From Eubacteriales Family XIII. Incertae Sedis bacterium (lineage in GTDB: Bacteria; Bacillota; Clostridia; Peptostreptococcales; Anaerovoracaceae): DNA of 56,354 bases. Both the position numbers and the translations under genes were made by a program. Numbering within the stretch: the stretch's first letter is position 1; each line of letters begins with the position of its first letter. Shown one piece after another: positions 37,202 to 46,459 of the stretch. Under the pieces are notes generated by a model. It was not told the origin of the DNA. It did no database searches and saw only the letters and a program-made list of their open reading frames with translations. The stretch spans positions 1 through 56,354 of the forward strand of contig JAIRPE010000086.1 of NCBI GenBank assembly GCA_031257175.1, given 5' to 3'.

Positions 37202-37850
37202 GTACTTTCAATGCTTCCGCGCCCTCTAGCATCTCTTTTAGCTTTCCCAAGGCCTTCGCCCTGTGGCTGATTCGATTTTTTACAGATGCGGGAAGCTGGG
37301 CGAACGTTTCTTTGTATCCCTCGGGGGTAAACAGCGGATCGTAACCGAATCCGCCGGCACCTCGGGCTTCCGTTCCAATACTGCCTTCGCATTCCCCCCT
37401 TGCGGAAAACACCGATCCGTCAGGAAACACAAGCGTCACGACCGACACGAACCTGCCTTTCCGCTTTTCGTTCGGTGCGCCCTCCAGCAATCTCAGCAAC
37501 TTCCTATTGTTCTCGTAGTCAGCCGTCTTCCCGACAACGCCTGCGAATCTGGCGGAATAAACGCCTGGCGCGCCTGACAAAAAGTCCGTTTCCAGGCCGG
37601 AATCGTCCGCGACAGCCGGCTTTCCCGTGGCGCGCATTGTCGCGAGAGCTTTCTTGAGAGAATTCGCCTCGAAACTGTCCCCGTCCTCATCTACGTCGAA
37701 ATCGGACGCCCCGACCGCGCTTCTGGAGACCACGACATACCCGTACTCCTCTAGAATCGCCGACAACTCGGCAATTTTGTGTTCGTTTTGAGAAGCCGCC
37801 ACTATCTCTGTCGGCTCATTCGCCGCTACCCTTTTATCGCGCATGGTCAT
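37185..37850 (-). CDS. rdgB: RdgB/HAM1-family non-canonical purine NTP pyrophosphatase
   Basis: Start ATG at 37850 overlaps the DUF47 stop (ATGA). EIVAASQNEHKIAE, ADDSGLE, FVSVVTLV, GFGYDPLF and ISHRAKAL motifs. Confidence 0.85.
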   Translation of the reverse strand: MTMRDKRVAANEPTEIVAASQNEHKIAELSAILEEYGYVVVSRSAVGASDFDVDEDGDSFEANSLKKALATMRATGKPAVADDSGLETDFLSGAPGVYSARFAGVVGKTADYENNRKLLRLLEGAPNEKRKGRFVSVVTLVFPDGSVFSARGECEGSIGTEARGAGGFGYDPLFTPEGYKETFAQLPASVKNRISHRAKALGKLKEMLEGAEALKVPPVSR

Positions 37851-38467
37851 GTGTTTTTCATTATCACCATTTCTATCACGTCCGCGACGTCCTCGCATGC
37901 GTCGCAACAGTCTTCCAAAAATTGCAACGTTTCATACCAGGCATGGACGAGCAACGGCTCCAGACGATCCGTGTAAATCTTTCTGACGCCTTCCGTATAT
38001 ATGGCGTCGGCCTTCTCTTCCAACTGGTTCACCAATATAATTTTTTCATTGAAGTCTTTCGCCTTTCTGAAGTTATGGAACTCTTCCAAAGCAGATTTCA
38101 ATGCTTCGCAACACTTCACAATGACCTCTGTCATCCGTTTCGCTTCTTCGCGAATTTCCGTAATGTTGAAGATATAGACCCTTATAAGAACATCCTCTAT
38201 CCTGTCGGTGACATTGTCTATGGCCTCGGCCATATCCATTATATCTTCTCTTTCGATGGGAGTGATGAATTCTTTGGCCAACTTTTTGGTCATCACATGC
38301 TTTGCGATGTCGCCTGCATGTTCAATATCGTGCATCTCTTTCATGCGTTCGGCCAGTTCGTCCGGTTTGAAATTATTTAAAATATCCCTTAACAAATATG
38401 CTGCCTCACAAGAATGTCCCACCATTTCCACGAACGAACCGAAATATTTATCTTCTTTACGAGCCAT
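37847..38467 (-). CDS. DUF47 family protein (PhoU-like regulator associated with Pit transporters)
   Basis: 206-aa helical protein (FVEMVGHSCEAAYLLRDIL...HDIEHAGDIAKHVM...PIEREDI...) immediately downstream of a PiT transporter gene. Confidence 0.8.
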   Translation of the reverse strand: MARKEDKYFGSFVEMVGHSCEAAYLLRDILNNFKPDELAERMKEMHDIEHAGDIAKHVMTKKLAKEFITPIEREDIMDMAEAIDNVTDRIEDVLIRVYIFNITEIREEAKRMTEVIVKCCEALKSALEEFHNFRKAKDFNEKIILVNQLEEKADAIYTEGVRKIYTDRLEPLLVHAWYETLQFLEDCCDACEDVADVIEMVIMKNT

Positions 38468-38547
38468 ATCACCCGTATTGCCCGCCTAACCGCGAATACG
38501 CGGACGTGCCAAGGTTGGCAATACATTTCCTCCCTTCTGTAGTTGAT

Positions 38548-39600
38548 TTAAAAAACTTTCATAAACAGCAATGCCATCACGTATCCGATGATTCCGCACC
38601 CTGGGAAGGTCAAAGCCCACGCCATAAGCATCTCGCCCACGATTTTCCAGTTGACGTAGGAGATACGCTTCGCGGCGCCCACGCCCATTATGGCGGTGGT
38701 CTTTGTATGGGTCGTGCTTACCGGAAGCCCGCCTACAGAAGCCGCCAGAAGGCACAAGACCGCTGACATGTCCGCTGAAAATCCTTGATGTTTTTCCAGT
38801 TTCACCATGTCCATGCCAACCGCTTTAATTATTCGGTATCCCCCTATGGAGGTGCCGATAGCCATTGTGGCCGAACAAAGAGCCATGAGCCAGACAGGAA
38901 TAACGAAGTCTGTAATCCCCGATTGTCCGTTGGCCAAAAACATGCCCAACAGAAAAACGCCCATGAATTTTTGGCCGTCCTGAGCGCCATGCATGAACGC
39001 CATGCCGGCGGCGGAAGCTATTTGCGCGTTTTTGAATACGTGGAAGGTTTTTTTTCGCTCTACCCCTTGAAAGATAAAACTCACGATCTTTACAAGCACA
39101 AAGCCTGCCACGAATCCCAAGACAGTGGACAAGACCAGGCCGTAGACCACTTTTATCCACTCATGCCCGTTGATTCCTGAAAACCCTTTCTGGAGGGCGA
39201 TGGCCGCCCCGGAAATACCGGCGATCAAGGCGTGACTTTCGCTGGTCGGTATGCCGAACCACCACGCGGCCGTCGCCCATATGACTATGGCGAACATGGC
39301 CGCGCACAGCGCGATCAAAGCTTCATGCGGATCCCCGCCGAAATCCACTAGATTATAGACTGTATAGGCCACCGTTGGCGTGGCCAACGTCATCAGGAAT
39401 ACCCCAAAAAAATTAAAGACGGACGCCATGATTATCGCCATCCTGACATCCATCGATCTCGTGGACACGCAAGTAGCAATTGCGTTAGGCGCGTCCGTCC
39501 AACCGTTTACCAAAATTACCCCCAAAGTCAACAGGGTGGTCACGCAAAAAGCCGGATTACTTGCAAAACGCGAGAGGAAATCCCCCAGTGCTATTGTCAT
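38548..39600 (-). CDS. inorganic phosphate transporter, PiT family
   Basis: 350-aa polytopic protein with the two PHO4 signature regions (NGWTDAPNAIATCVSTRS; MHGAQDGQKFMG; LPVSTTHTKTTAIMGVG). Confidence 0.9.
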   Translation of the reverse strand: MTIALGDFLSRFASNPAFCVTTLLTLGVILVNGWTDAPNAIATCVSTRSMDVRMAIIMASVFNFFGVFLMTLATPTVAYTVYNLVDFGGDPHEALIALCAAMFAIVIWATAAWWFGIPTSESHALIAGISGAAIALQKGFSGINGHEWIKVVYGLVLSTVLGFVAGFVLVKIVSFIFQGVERKKTFHVFKNAQIASAAGMAFMHGAQDGQKFMGVFLLGMFLANGQSGITDFVIPVWLMALCSATMAIGTSIGGYRIIKAVGMDMVKLEKHQGFSADMSAVLCLLAASVGGLPVSTTHTKTTAIMGVGAAKRISYVNWKIVGEMLMAWALTFPGCGIIGYVMALLFMKVF

Positions 39601-39651
39601 TAGTCCGCTGTCCTTTCACAGTTTTCCAGGATAAAATTCTTCATCGTCTAA

Positions 39652-39680
39652 AGTATAACATTCTTAATCAGAAATTTCAA
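39652..39680 (-). promoter_or_regulatory. candidate sigma-A promoter for the pit-DUF47-rdgB operon
   Basis: Minus strand: TTGAAA (39680-39675), 17-nt spacer, TATACT (39657-39652), about 50 nt upstream of the pit ATG. Confidence 0.4.
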
Positions 39681-40045
39681 CGCCGCCTTCATCATTGAAT
39701 TATACCGACTTCGACTTGAAGAGTGCCGAACAGTTGAGTTTTTTCGTCATATGTGAGCGAAAACCGCGAACAAACCCGCGCGGCTTGCGAGGCTTTAGCT
39801 CAGCAGCTTCTTTTTTTCGGAGGCGGATCGCCTACGGTCGCAGGCAGTCTTGGACAAGTCACGAAGGGCCATCTGAGGTTCGGTATTTGGAACAAACCCG
39901 CGTCGGCGGACGTCCTACTAACGACTCGCTGGCCGCGTCGCGGAAGATTTGCCCCCAAAGCGCTTTATAACGGCGCGGCGCTTTGATATAATAATGTCAG
40001 GGGAGGCACGAACGCCGCCCCGCCAAACGAGAAGCAGGTGGTAAT

Positions 40046-43000
40046 TTGTCAGACTTAACGATAAAAGACGCGCGGGACGACAGCCGCAAGAAACTCGACG
40101 AGTACCTGAAAGAATTCGACAAAATCAGCAGCAACTTCGAGAAAAGCGGTTCCAGGCCCAAAAACGAAAAAGACGCGGGCGCCCCCGGCGGGCCGGCGGA
40201 GGACGCGGCCAAGGAAGTGGCGGCTACCCGTCTTGAGCGCAACGCCCGACCCTCGCAGCCGCGAGGCAAGCAGCTGAGGCGCAGCGGGTTGCCGGAGGAT
40301 TACGACAGCACGGGGCTAGGCCGTCGCGAGGCTTATGCCGTCGGCGGCGGGGCCACGGGAGCCCGCGACACCCGCGAGATCGGGGCTAAAGCCGACGGCG
40401 GGCACAAGCCGCCCCGTTCGGGCGGCGCGGCGGGCGCGGGAGTGGCCGATGCCCTGGGAGCCATGCCTTCGCGCTCCGCAGGCGCGGGAAATTCGGCATC
40501 GGCAAGCGGAGCCGGGACGGAAATGGGAAAAACCAACAGCGCCGCCGCGGCGGCAAAACAGAAAAAGGCCAAGAAAAGAAGAAGAGGCGCCCACCCTGTC
40601 CGAGTGGCGGTATTCATATTGCTGGTATTCGCCATAACCGGGGGCATAGCCGCGTTCGGCTACGTGGCCTCCGTCATAAAAAGCATGCCCGAGATAGACC
40701 CCAACGACATATCCTCCATTCTTTACCAAAACTCCACCCTTTACGACGATGAGGGCAACGTGGTGGACGATCTGTTCTTCGCCGACGAGGGCCTGCGCAC
40801 CAACGTCACTTACGACGAACTGCCTCAAAACCTCGTGGACGCCATAGTCGCCATTGAGGACAAGACCTTCTGGACCCACAACGGCTTCAACTTCATCCGC
40901 ATGGCTGGCGCCATCAGGGACAGCGTACTGAAAAAGACCCGCATCAGGGGCACCAGCACCATCACCCAGCAACTGGCCAGGAACATCTGGCTGGTGGACA
41001 CTAGGTCGGAATACGACCTGACTAGAAAGCTTCGCGAGGCGCTGTACGCGATGCAACTGGAAAACAAGCTGACGAAAAAGCAAATTCTGGAAGCCTACCT
41101 CAACACCATACCCCTGGGCAACCGCTCTTACGGGGTTCAGGCCGCCGCTCAGGCATATTTCTCCAAGGACGTCAAGGAGCTAGGCCTGGTGGAGTGCGCG
41201 GCGCTGGCCAGCCTGCCCCAAGCCCCCACCAGATACGCGCTGGTGCAGGCCATAGAACGGGAAAAGGCGTCCGAGGACGACCCGAACCTGCTGGCGGTGG
41301 GCGCCCAGTACGCCTACGTGTTTAACGACGCGGTGGAGTCCCGCAAAAATACGGTGCTGGATTTCATGCTGGAACAGGGCTACATAAGCGAGAGCCAGCG
41401 GGAGGAAGCCAATAGCGTCAGCCTCCGCGACTTGGTCAAACCCCGAACGGAAAACGAGGCGGGCGAGTCGAACTATTTCGCGGATTACACCATAAAGACC
41501 GTCATAGCCGACCTGCAGTCGGAGCTGGGCGTGGACGAGGACCGCGCGCGCCAGATGGTGTACGGGGGCGGCCTGAAAATATACACCACCTTGGACTCAA
41601 AAACCCAAAAGTTGATCGAGTCCGAGTTTGAAAATAATGATAACTTTCCCAAACTTACCCCCCAAAAAGACAAGGCGGGCGACATCCTGAACGTAAAAAC
41701 CAAGGCGAAGCTGCTGTACGATTATGGCAACTGCTTTGACGAGGAGGGCTATTTCGCCCTCAAGTCCGACGAATACGAACTGCAAAACAATGGCGACCTG
41801 TTGCTTATGGGCGGGAAACGGCTGAATTTCTACACGACCAACGTGAACGGCGCCACGGACTACAGCGTGGAGTTCAAGGACTTGTTCGTCCAGGAGGACA
41901 AGACCTACTATTTCATGAGGGGCGGCGTGGTGTTCATAGGCAGCGAATACAAGACCAAGACTGAGGGCGGGGACTTGCTTGTCAGCAAGAAGTTTTTTGA
42001 TGAAAACCCCAGCGCCTTTGAAATAAGCGGAGACAGGGTGGCCATCCGCCCCAATGCCTACACCTTGCGCGAGCGGGTCGTCCAGCCGCAGTCGGCCATG
42101 GCTCTGCTGGATTACAAGACAGGCGCGATAAAGGCCATGGCGGGCGGTCGCAACGTGACGGGCAGGCTGCTGTACAACAGGGCCACCAGCCCCAGGCAAC
42201 CCGGTTCCGCCATCAAGCCTATGTCCGTGTACGGCCCCGCGTTGCAGATGGGCGCGGACGGCGAGCCCGTTCAAAACGGCGATCTCACCTACGGGGATTA
42301 CTGGACTGCCGCCAGCGGCATCGTTGACGAGCCCATGGCGTCGGGCGACGGGTCTATCTGGCCCAAGAATTGGTATTCGGGCTTTCGGGGAATGCAATCC
42401 CTAAGACGCTCGGTGGAGCAGTCCGTGAACGTCAACGCCGTGAAGGTCTTAGTCAATATCGGCGCCGACAGGTCTCTACGTTTCCTCAAAAATCTTGGCG
42501 TCACCACCGTGGTGGAATCGGGCAGGACTAACGACATGAACGCGGCCGCGCTGGCCTTGGGCGGCATGACCAACGGCATTTCCCCGTTGCAGATGGCCGC
42601 AGGCTACGGCTCCTTCGGAAATGAGGGCAAATACGTCGCGCCGCGCCCCTATTACAGGATAACCACCGCGAGGGACGAGCCTATCATAGATCACGAGCCT
42701 TACTCCCGCCAGGCCATGGATCCAGGGGTGGCGTGGCTCATGACGGACATTCTCAGAACTACCGTCACCAACGGCATTGCCAGCAGGGCGGCCATCCCGT
42801 CCCAGCCGGTCGCCGGCAAGACAGGCACTACCAGCGACAAGTTCGACGCGTGGTTCGTGGGATTCACCCCTCGCTATTCTGCCTCCCTTTGGATAGGCTG
42901 CGACATGGGGGTGGAATTGGCGGAAGGCTCCGCCGCGGCCACCAAGGCTTGGAGCAAAATCATGAAGCAGGTGTGCGACGGCACGGAGAGGGGAAGCTTC

Positions 43001-43567
43001 CCCGCCGCCCCGCCAAACATCACCACCATGGCCGTGGACAGCTATTCAGGCCTGCTGCCGTCGCCCTACAGCGGCGTCCGCACCGAGTATTTCATAAAAG
43101 GCACGGAACCCACGCAGATGGACAACACCAGCTCGCCCACTTACGTGTGCGCTGTGTCCGGCTACCTGGCGACGCCCTATTGCCCGGCCAGGACTCTCTT
43201 CCAGCAGCCCGCCGAGGGGGATCCTGTCGCAAAGCCGTCCTATTACTGCAACCTTCACAACCACGACGCCGAGAACTATCCCATAGACCCGGCCAAGGAG
43301 CTTATTTCCGACTTCTACTGGGACGGTGTTTACAGGGACGCGGAATATTACGACCGCTTAAGCCAGTCTTTGGAAGAGACGGATCCCGATTCCACGCCGG
43401 ATCAGTCAGAGCCGCCGTCTTGGATTCGCCCTCTCCCTATTGAGGACGGCGCCGATAACTCCGACAGGCAAAGCGGCGGCCCCGCGCAAGGGGCCGAGCG
43501 CCCCGCTTCGGGACTCGACGGGGCAGATGGCGGCAACGCGAGCAGGGGAGACGAGGATGTCCATTGA
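40046..43567 (+). CDS. class A penicillin-binding protein (GT51 glycosyltransferase + transpeptidase) with a long cytoplasmic N-terminal tail
   Basis: TTG start 4-5 nt after AGGTGG. About 190 aa of low-complexity region precede the TM. GT51 motifs (AIVAIEDKTFWTHNGF, GTSTITQQLARN) and transpeptidase motifs SxxK (PGSAIKP), SxN-like, and KTGTT. Confidence 0.9.
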   Translation: MSDLTIKDARDDSRKKLDEYLKEFDKISSNFEKSGSRPKNEKDAGAPGGPAEDAAKEVAATRLERNARPSQPRGKQLRRSGLPEDYDSTGLGRREAYAVGGGATGARDTREIGAKADGGHKPPRSGGAAGAGVADALGAMPSRSAGAGNSASASGAGTEMGKTNSAAAAAKQKKAKKRRRGAHPVRVAVFILLVFAITGGIAAFGYVASVIKSMPEIDPNDISSILYQNSTLYDDEGNVVDDLFFADEGLRTNVTYDELPQNLVDAIVAIEDKTFWTHNGFNFIRMAGAIRDSVLKKTRIRGTSTITQQLARNIWLVDTRSEYDLTRKLREALYAMQLENKLTKKQILEAYLNTIPLGNRSYGVQAAAQAYFSKDVKELGLVECAALASLPQAPTRYALVQAIEREKASEDDPNLLAVGAQYAYVFNDAVESRKNTVLDFMLEQGYISESQREEANSVSLRDLVKPRTENEAGESNYFADYTIKTVIADLQSELGVDEDRARQMVYGGGLKIYTTLDSKTQKLIESEFENNDNFPKLTPQKDKAGDILNVKTKAKLLYDYGNCFDEEGYFALKSDEYELQNNGDLLLMGGKRLNFYTTNVNGATDYSVEFKDLFVQEDKTYYFMRGGVVFIGSEYKTKTEGGDLLVSKKFFDENPSAFEISGDRVAIRPNAYTLRERVVQPQSAMALLDYKTGAIKAMAGGRNVTGRLLYNRATSPRQPGSAIKPMSVYGPALQMGADGEPVQNGDLTYGDYWTAASGIVDEPMASGDGSIWPKNWYSGFRGMQSLRRSVEQSVNVNAVKVLVNIGADRSLRFLKNLGVTTVVESGRTNDMNAAALALGGMTNGISPLQMAAGYGSFGNEGKYVAPRPYYRITTARDEPIIDHEPYSRQAMDPGVAWLMTDILRTTVTNGIASRAAIPSQPVAGKTGTTSDKFDAWFVGFTPRYSASLWIGCDMGVELAEGSAAATKAWSKIMKQVCDGTERGSFPAAPPNITTMAVDSYSGLLPSPYSGVRTEYFIKGTEPTQMDNTSSPTYVCAVSGYLATPYCPARTLFQQPAEGDPVAKPSYYCNLHNHDAENYPIDPAKELISDFYWDGVYRDAEYYDRLSQSLEETDPDSTPDQSEPPSWIRPLPIEDGADNSDRQSGGPAQGAERPASGLDGADGGNASRGDEDVH

Positions 43568-44147
43568 CGTCGGCAAATTCCCCATAGCGCTGGCTTCGGC
43601 TTCGCCCAGGCGCATCGACATAATGAGGAGCCACGGGGTTGAGCCGCTGGTAGTCCCCGCCGACACTGACGAGGCGTTGCCCGAGGGACTTAACGTTCGG
43701 CAGGCGGTCATGTACCTGGCCCTAAAGAAGGCGCTGTGGGTCGAGAACGCTATGTTTCGGGATGCCTGCGGCGAGCCCTATATCGTCGCCGCCGACACGG
43801 TGGTCTACAACGGCCGCGTCATCGGCAAACCGGCTGACGCGGCTGACGCCAAGCGCATTCTTGGCTCCCTGCGCGGGGCGGCCCACTATGTGTACACGGG
43901 GGTGGCCATACTCAAGGCGGGAGAAAAAAAGCGCAAAGTATTCCATGAAAAAACAAAGGTCTTTTTCAAGAATTACTCCGAAAAAGACCTTCGCGATTAC
44001 ATAAAGTCCGGCGAACCCTTCGACAAGGCCGGCGGCTACGCCATACAAGGCGGTTTCAGCCCTTTCATCGACCGCATCGAGGGCGATCTCGACAACGTGA
44101 TAGGCTTCCCATGGAAGCGTTTCACGTTGGAGCTGGCGGGGCTATGA
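43557..44147 (+). CDS. maf: Maf-like nucleoside triphosphate pyrophosphatase (septum formation protein Maf)
   Basis: Start at MSIDVGKF (ATG 43557), overlapping the PBP gene end by 11 nt. LASASPRR, ADTVV, DKAGGYAIQG motifs. Confidence 0.88.
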   Translation: MSIDVGKFPIALASASPRRIDIMRSHGVEPLVVPADTDEALPEGLNVRQAVMYLALKKALWVENAMFRDACGEPYIVAADTVVYNGRVIGKPADAADAKRILGSLRGAAHYVYTGVAILKAGEKKRKVFHEKTKVFFKNYSEKDLRDYIKSGEPFDKAGGYAIQGGFSPFIDRIEGDLDNVIGFPWKRFTLELAGL

Positions 44148-44181
44148 CGCCTGGGTGACTGGACTTCTCACCCCCCACAGC

Positions 44182-46245
44182 TCATATCACCCCCTTCCCC
44201 CATATATTCTTAAACCCGTAAAGCTTCAACCGCGCCTCCGCCTTTGAACTGTGCCTGCCGTTCATGGCCAGCACTATGCCGCACTCATCCTTAAAACCCT
44301 CTATCTCGTCCAGCGTGTACACATTATGCCCCGACAGCTCCTTCTCAGGCACGTAATCGTCCGCCACCACGAAGCCCTCTATCGGTATGCCCCGCTGCTC
44401 GAAAAGCTTCGCCACCTTCTGGGCGACCACACCCGCGCCGTAGAGATAAATGCGCTTGTAAGAGCTTCCGAAGGCGTCAACCTCCTCATTGTTCTTCTCA
44501 AGAATCAGCCTGATAGAATCCAGGATGTGCCGCAGGCTCGAGCCTATGTACACCGTGCCATCGGACAGGGCGCGGGTGATGTCCTCCAAAAAACAATTCA
44601 AATCCTTCAGCTCGGCGGCGGCGTACTCGTTGCTCATCAGCGTGCCGGAATAATAACCGTGGTGCTGCGCCACGTAAGGCATGACGAAGCCCACCGCCTG
44701 ACTCAGCGTCCCCTCGGACCAAGCGGAGCCTTCGGAAAAATCGCCGGGCGCGAAGGGATGCTCGAACAACGCCCGCAACGCCGCCGTCCGACACCAAAAA
44801 GCCCCGGAGACGGCTATGGGGTCCTGCTTGTCCGAGAGGTTGCAACGCAACCCCATCCTTTCCGCCAATTCCTTCGTCGCCGCGTAATTCCCCTGCCAGG
44901 AATCGTAGAAAAACGTGAAATAAAAAGAATGGTGCGGCTTCGGCGGCGTGAGAAAGCCCAGTCTGGGATGCCGCCTGAAAGTGGCCACCACATTCCTGAC
45001 ATACTCCTCGCCGCAAAGGGCATTGTGCCACATATTGTGCAAAAACGCCTTGGCCGCGCCGTGCCCTGCGACAGCCGTCTCATCGTGGACGAAGCAAAGC
45101 AGCTCGTACTTCGAGAACAAATGGCCGCAATCCAACGCCAAAGCCGCCATGGCCCCCGCCTTGCGCCCTTGGGCGAAACGTATGCCCCTGGACGGGAACC
45201 GCTCCTCCATCGCCCGCATCTCGCCTTCGCCGTCCACCAGCATCCAAATGTCCGCTTCCTCGGGCACGGCGGCGATGTAGTCCAAACTCTCAGGCGCCGC
45301 GCCGAGGTGCCGCGCGCTCATGACGACGGCCACCTTCCCGCATCCTCCGGGTGCGGCGTTCTTCTCCGACGGCGCGTCAGACGGCAACACGTAGTTGAGG
45401 TTCAGGCAGTCCGTCAATTCCTTGACATTGTACAAACGCAAAAGATTGTCCCAAATCATGTTCTCGTCGTAGGGCGTGTGGCGGCAGATATAATCGAAAG
45501 CCAGCGCGGTACTCTCGCTGTTCCCAATATTGACCTTATATTCTGGGTAAATGAAATTCATCCTTTTTATTACAGGGCACCTGAAATCCTTCAGCAATAT
45601 GTAGTCGATAATCCCGTAATGCTCCGAATCCCCGTCGCCCGCGCCCACCTCCCGCGACGGCGCGTCAACCAGGACATCCCACTTAAAGCCCGCCTGGGCG
45701 AAGAATTGCGTCATGTAAAGCTCGTACTCCGCGAACAGCACGTCGGAGCGGCTGATATCCCCCGGCATGGCCTTCCAGAAATTCCGAAAAGCCTCGGAAC
45801 GCAACAGGGGCCTGCGCATGACGTAAAAATAGGTCTGGATGTAGTCGTATTGCACCGCGCTGCTGGCGCGATGGCCGGTGACGCCCCACAAATCCGCGTC
45901 CCGCCCGCTCATGGCCTTGAACACCTCCGCGAAGGGGTAGAAAGGCCCGTAAAACTCGTCATTGAAAAAGACAAGCTCGTCGTAAGCCTTCAGCTCCTCC
46001 CAGGACAAATACTCGCACAAGACGGACTTGAAGGCGCCCGCGTCCAGGCCCTTGTCCTCACGGATGAATATCCTGTCCGTGTAGCGCGTCAATTTTTTTA
46101 GTTGGGAATCCTTGACCTCACCGTTGCATATGATAATAAGCGCGGACAGATTCTTCGAGATATCATCCAGCATGTGTTCCACATACCTGTCAACAATCCC
46201 GTCCCTGTCGTGGAACTTGAACAACCCCAACCTCTTTGGCTCCAT
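44182..46245 (-). CDS. RgpF (rhamnan synthesis protein F)-like polysaccharide glycosyltransferase, multidomain
   Basis: 687 aa. N-terminal FKFHDRDGIVDRYVEHMLDDIS...REDKGLDAGAFKSVL pattern, a central second RgpF-like region, and a C-terminal Rossmann-like IYLYGAGVVAQKV segment. Assignment is by motif resemblance only. Confidence 0.6.
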   Translation of the reverse strand: MEPKRLGLFKFHDRDGIVDRYVEHMLDDISKNLSALIIICNGEVKDSQLKKLTRYTDRIFIREDKGLDAGAFKSVLCEYLSWEELKAYDELVFFNDEFYGPFYPFAEVFKAMSGRDADLWGVTGHRASSAVQYDYIQTYFYVMRRPLLRSEAFRNFWKAMPGDISRSDVLFAEYELYMTQFFAQAGFKWDVLVDAPSREVGAGDGDSEHYGIIDYILLKDFRCPVIKRMNFIYPEYKVNIGNSESTALAFDYICRHTPYDENMIWDNLLRLYNVKELTDCLNLNYVLPSDAPSEKNAAPGGCGKVAVVMSARHLGAAPESLDYIAAVPEEADIWMLVDGEGEMRAMEERFPSRGIRFAQGRKAGAMAALALDCGHLFSKYELLCFVHDETAVAGHGAAKAFLHNMWHNALCGEEYVRNVVATFRRHPRLGFLTPPKPHHSFYFTFFYDSWQGNYAATKELAERMGLRCNLSDKQDPIAVSGAFWCRTAALRALFEHPFAPGDFSEGSAWSEGTLSQAVGFVMPYVAQHHGYYSGTLMSNEYAAAELKDLNCFLEDITRALSDGTVYIGSSLRHILDSIRLILEKNNEEVDAFGSSYKRIYLYGAGVVAQKVAKLFEQRGIPIEGFVVADDYVPEKELSGHNVYTLDEIEGFKDECGIVLAMNGRHSSKAEARLKLYGFKNIWGKGVI

Positions 46246-46391
46246 CTCTCACCCCAATAGTCAAATTAATCAATTATTACTACAATTCCCCTAATTATCG
46301 ACACAACAATCAAATAGTCGCGCTACGTTATAATTATATTACAATTTAGATAAAAAAACAAGTCAGCTCCCCAAAAAGTCGCGGATTGGCA

Positions 46392-46418
46392 TTAAAGAAA
46401 CGGCTCGTTTCGCCGATA
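46392..46418 (+). promoter_or_regulatory. near-consensus sigma-28 (FliA/SigD) promoter upstream of the SLH protein gene
   Basis: TAAA (46392-46395), exactly 15 nt, GCCGATAC (46411-46418). This equals TAAAGAAA-N11-GCCGATAC against the enteric consensus TAAAGTTT-N11-GCCGATAA. Lies 41 nt upstream of the ATG at 46460. Confidence 0.55.
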
Positions 46419-46459
46419 CTCTATATTGGGTTATAGCGCGTTTATCGGGGGGGCTTGAA

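Noticed and set aside
39695-39986. 91-aa and 77-aa plus-strand ORFs, plus a tRNA-like TAGCTCAGC fragment (39795-39803), in the pit/PBP spacer
   Set aside because: The ORFs lack an RBS and recognisable sequence. The 9-mer matches only a D-arm and no cloverleaf can be built around it.
44251-46101. 616-aa plus-strand ORF opposite the RgpF-like gene. The same class includes 26294-27748, 28432-29841, 15711-16769, 18035-19105, 22547-23605 and 49355-50341.
   Set aside because: All are antisense to genes with strong family motifs. All have the His/Arg/Pro/Leu/Val-rich composition of non-coding frames in GC-rich DNA, and none has a plausible RBS.
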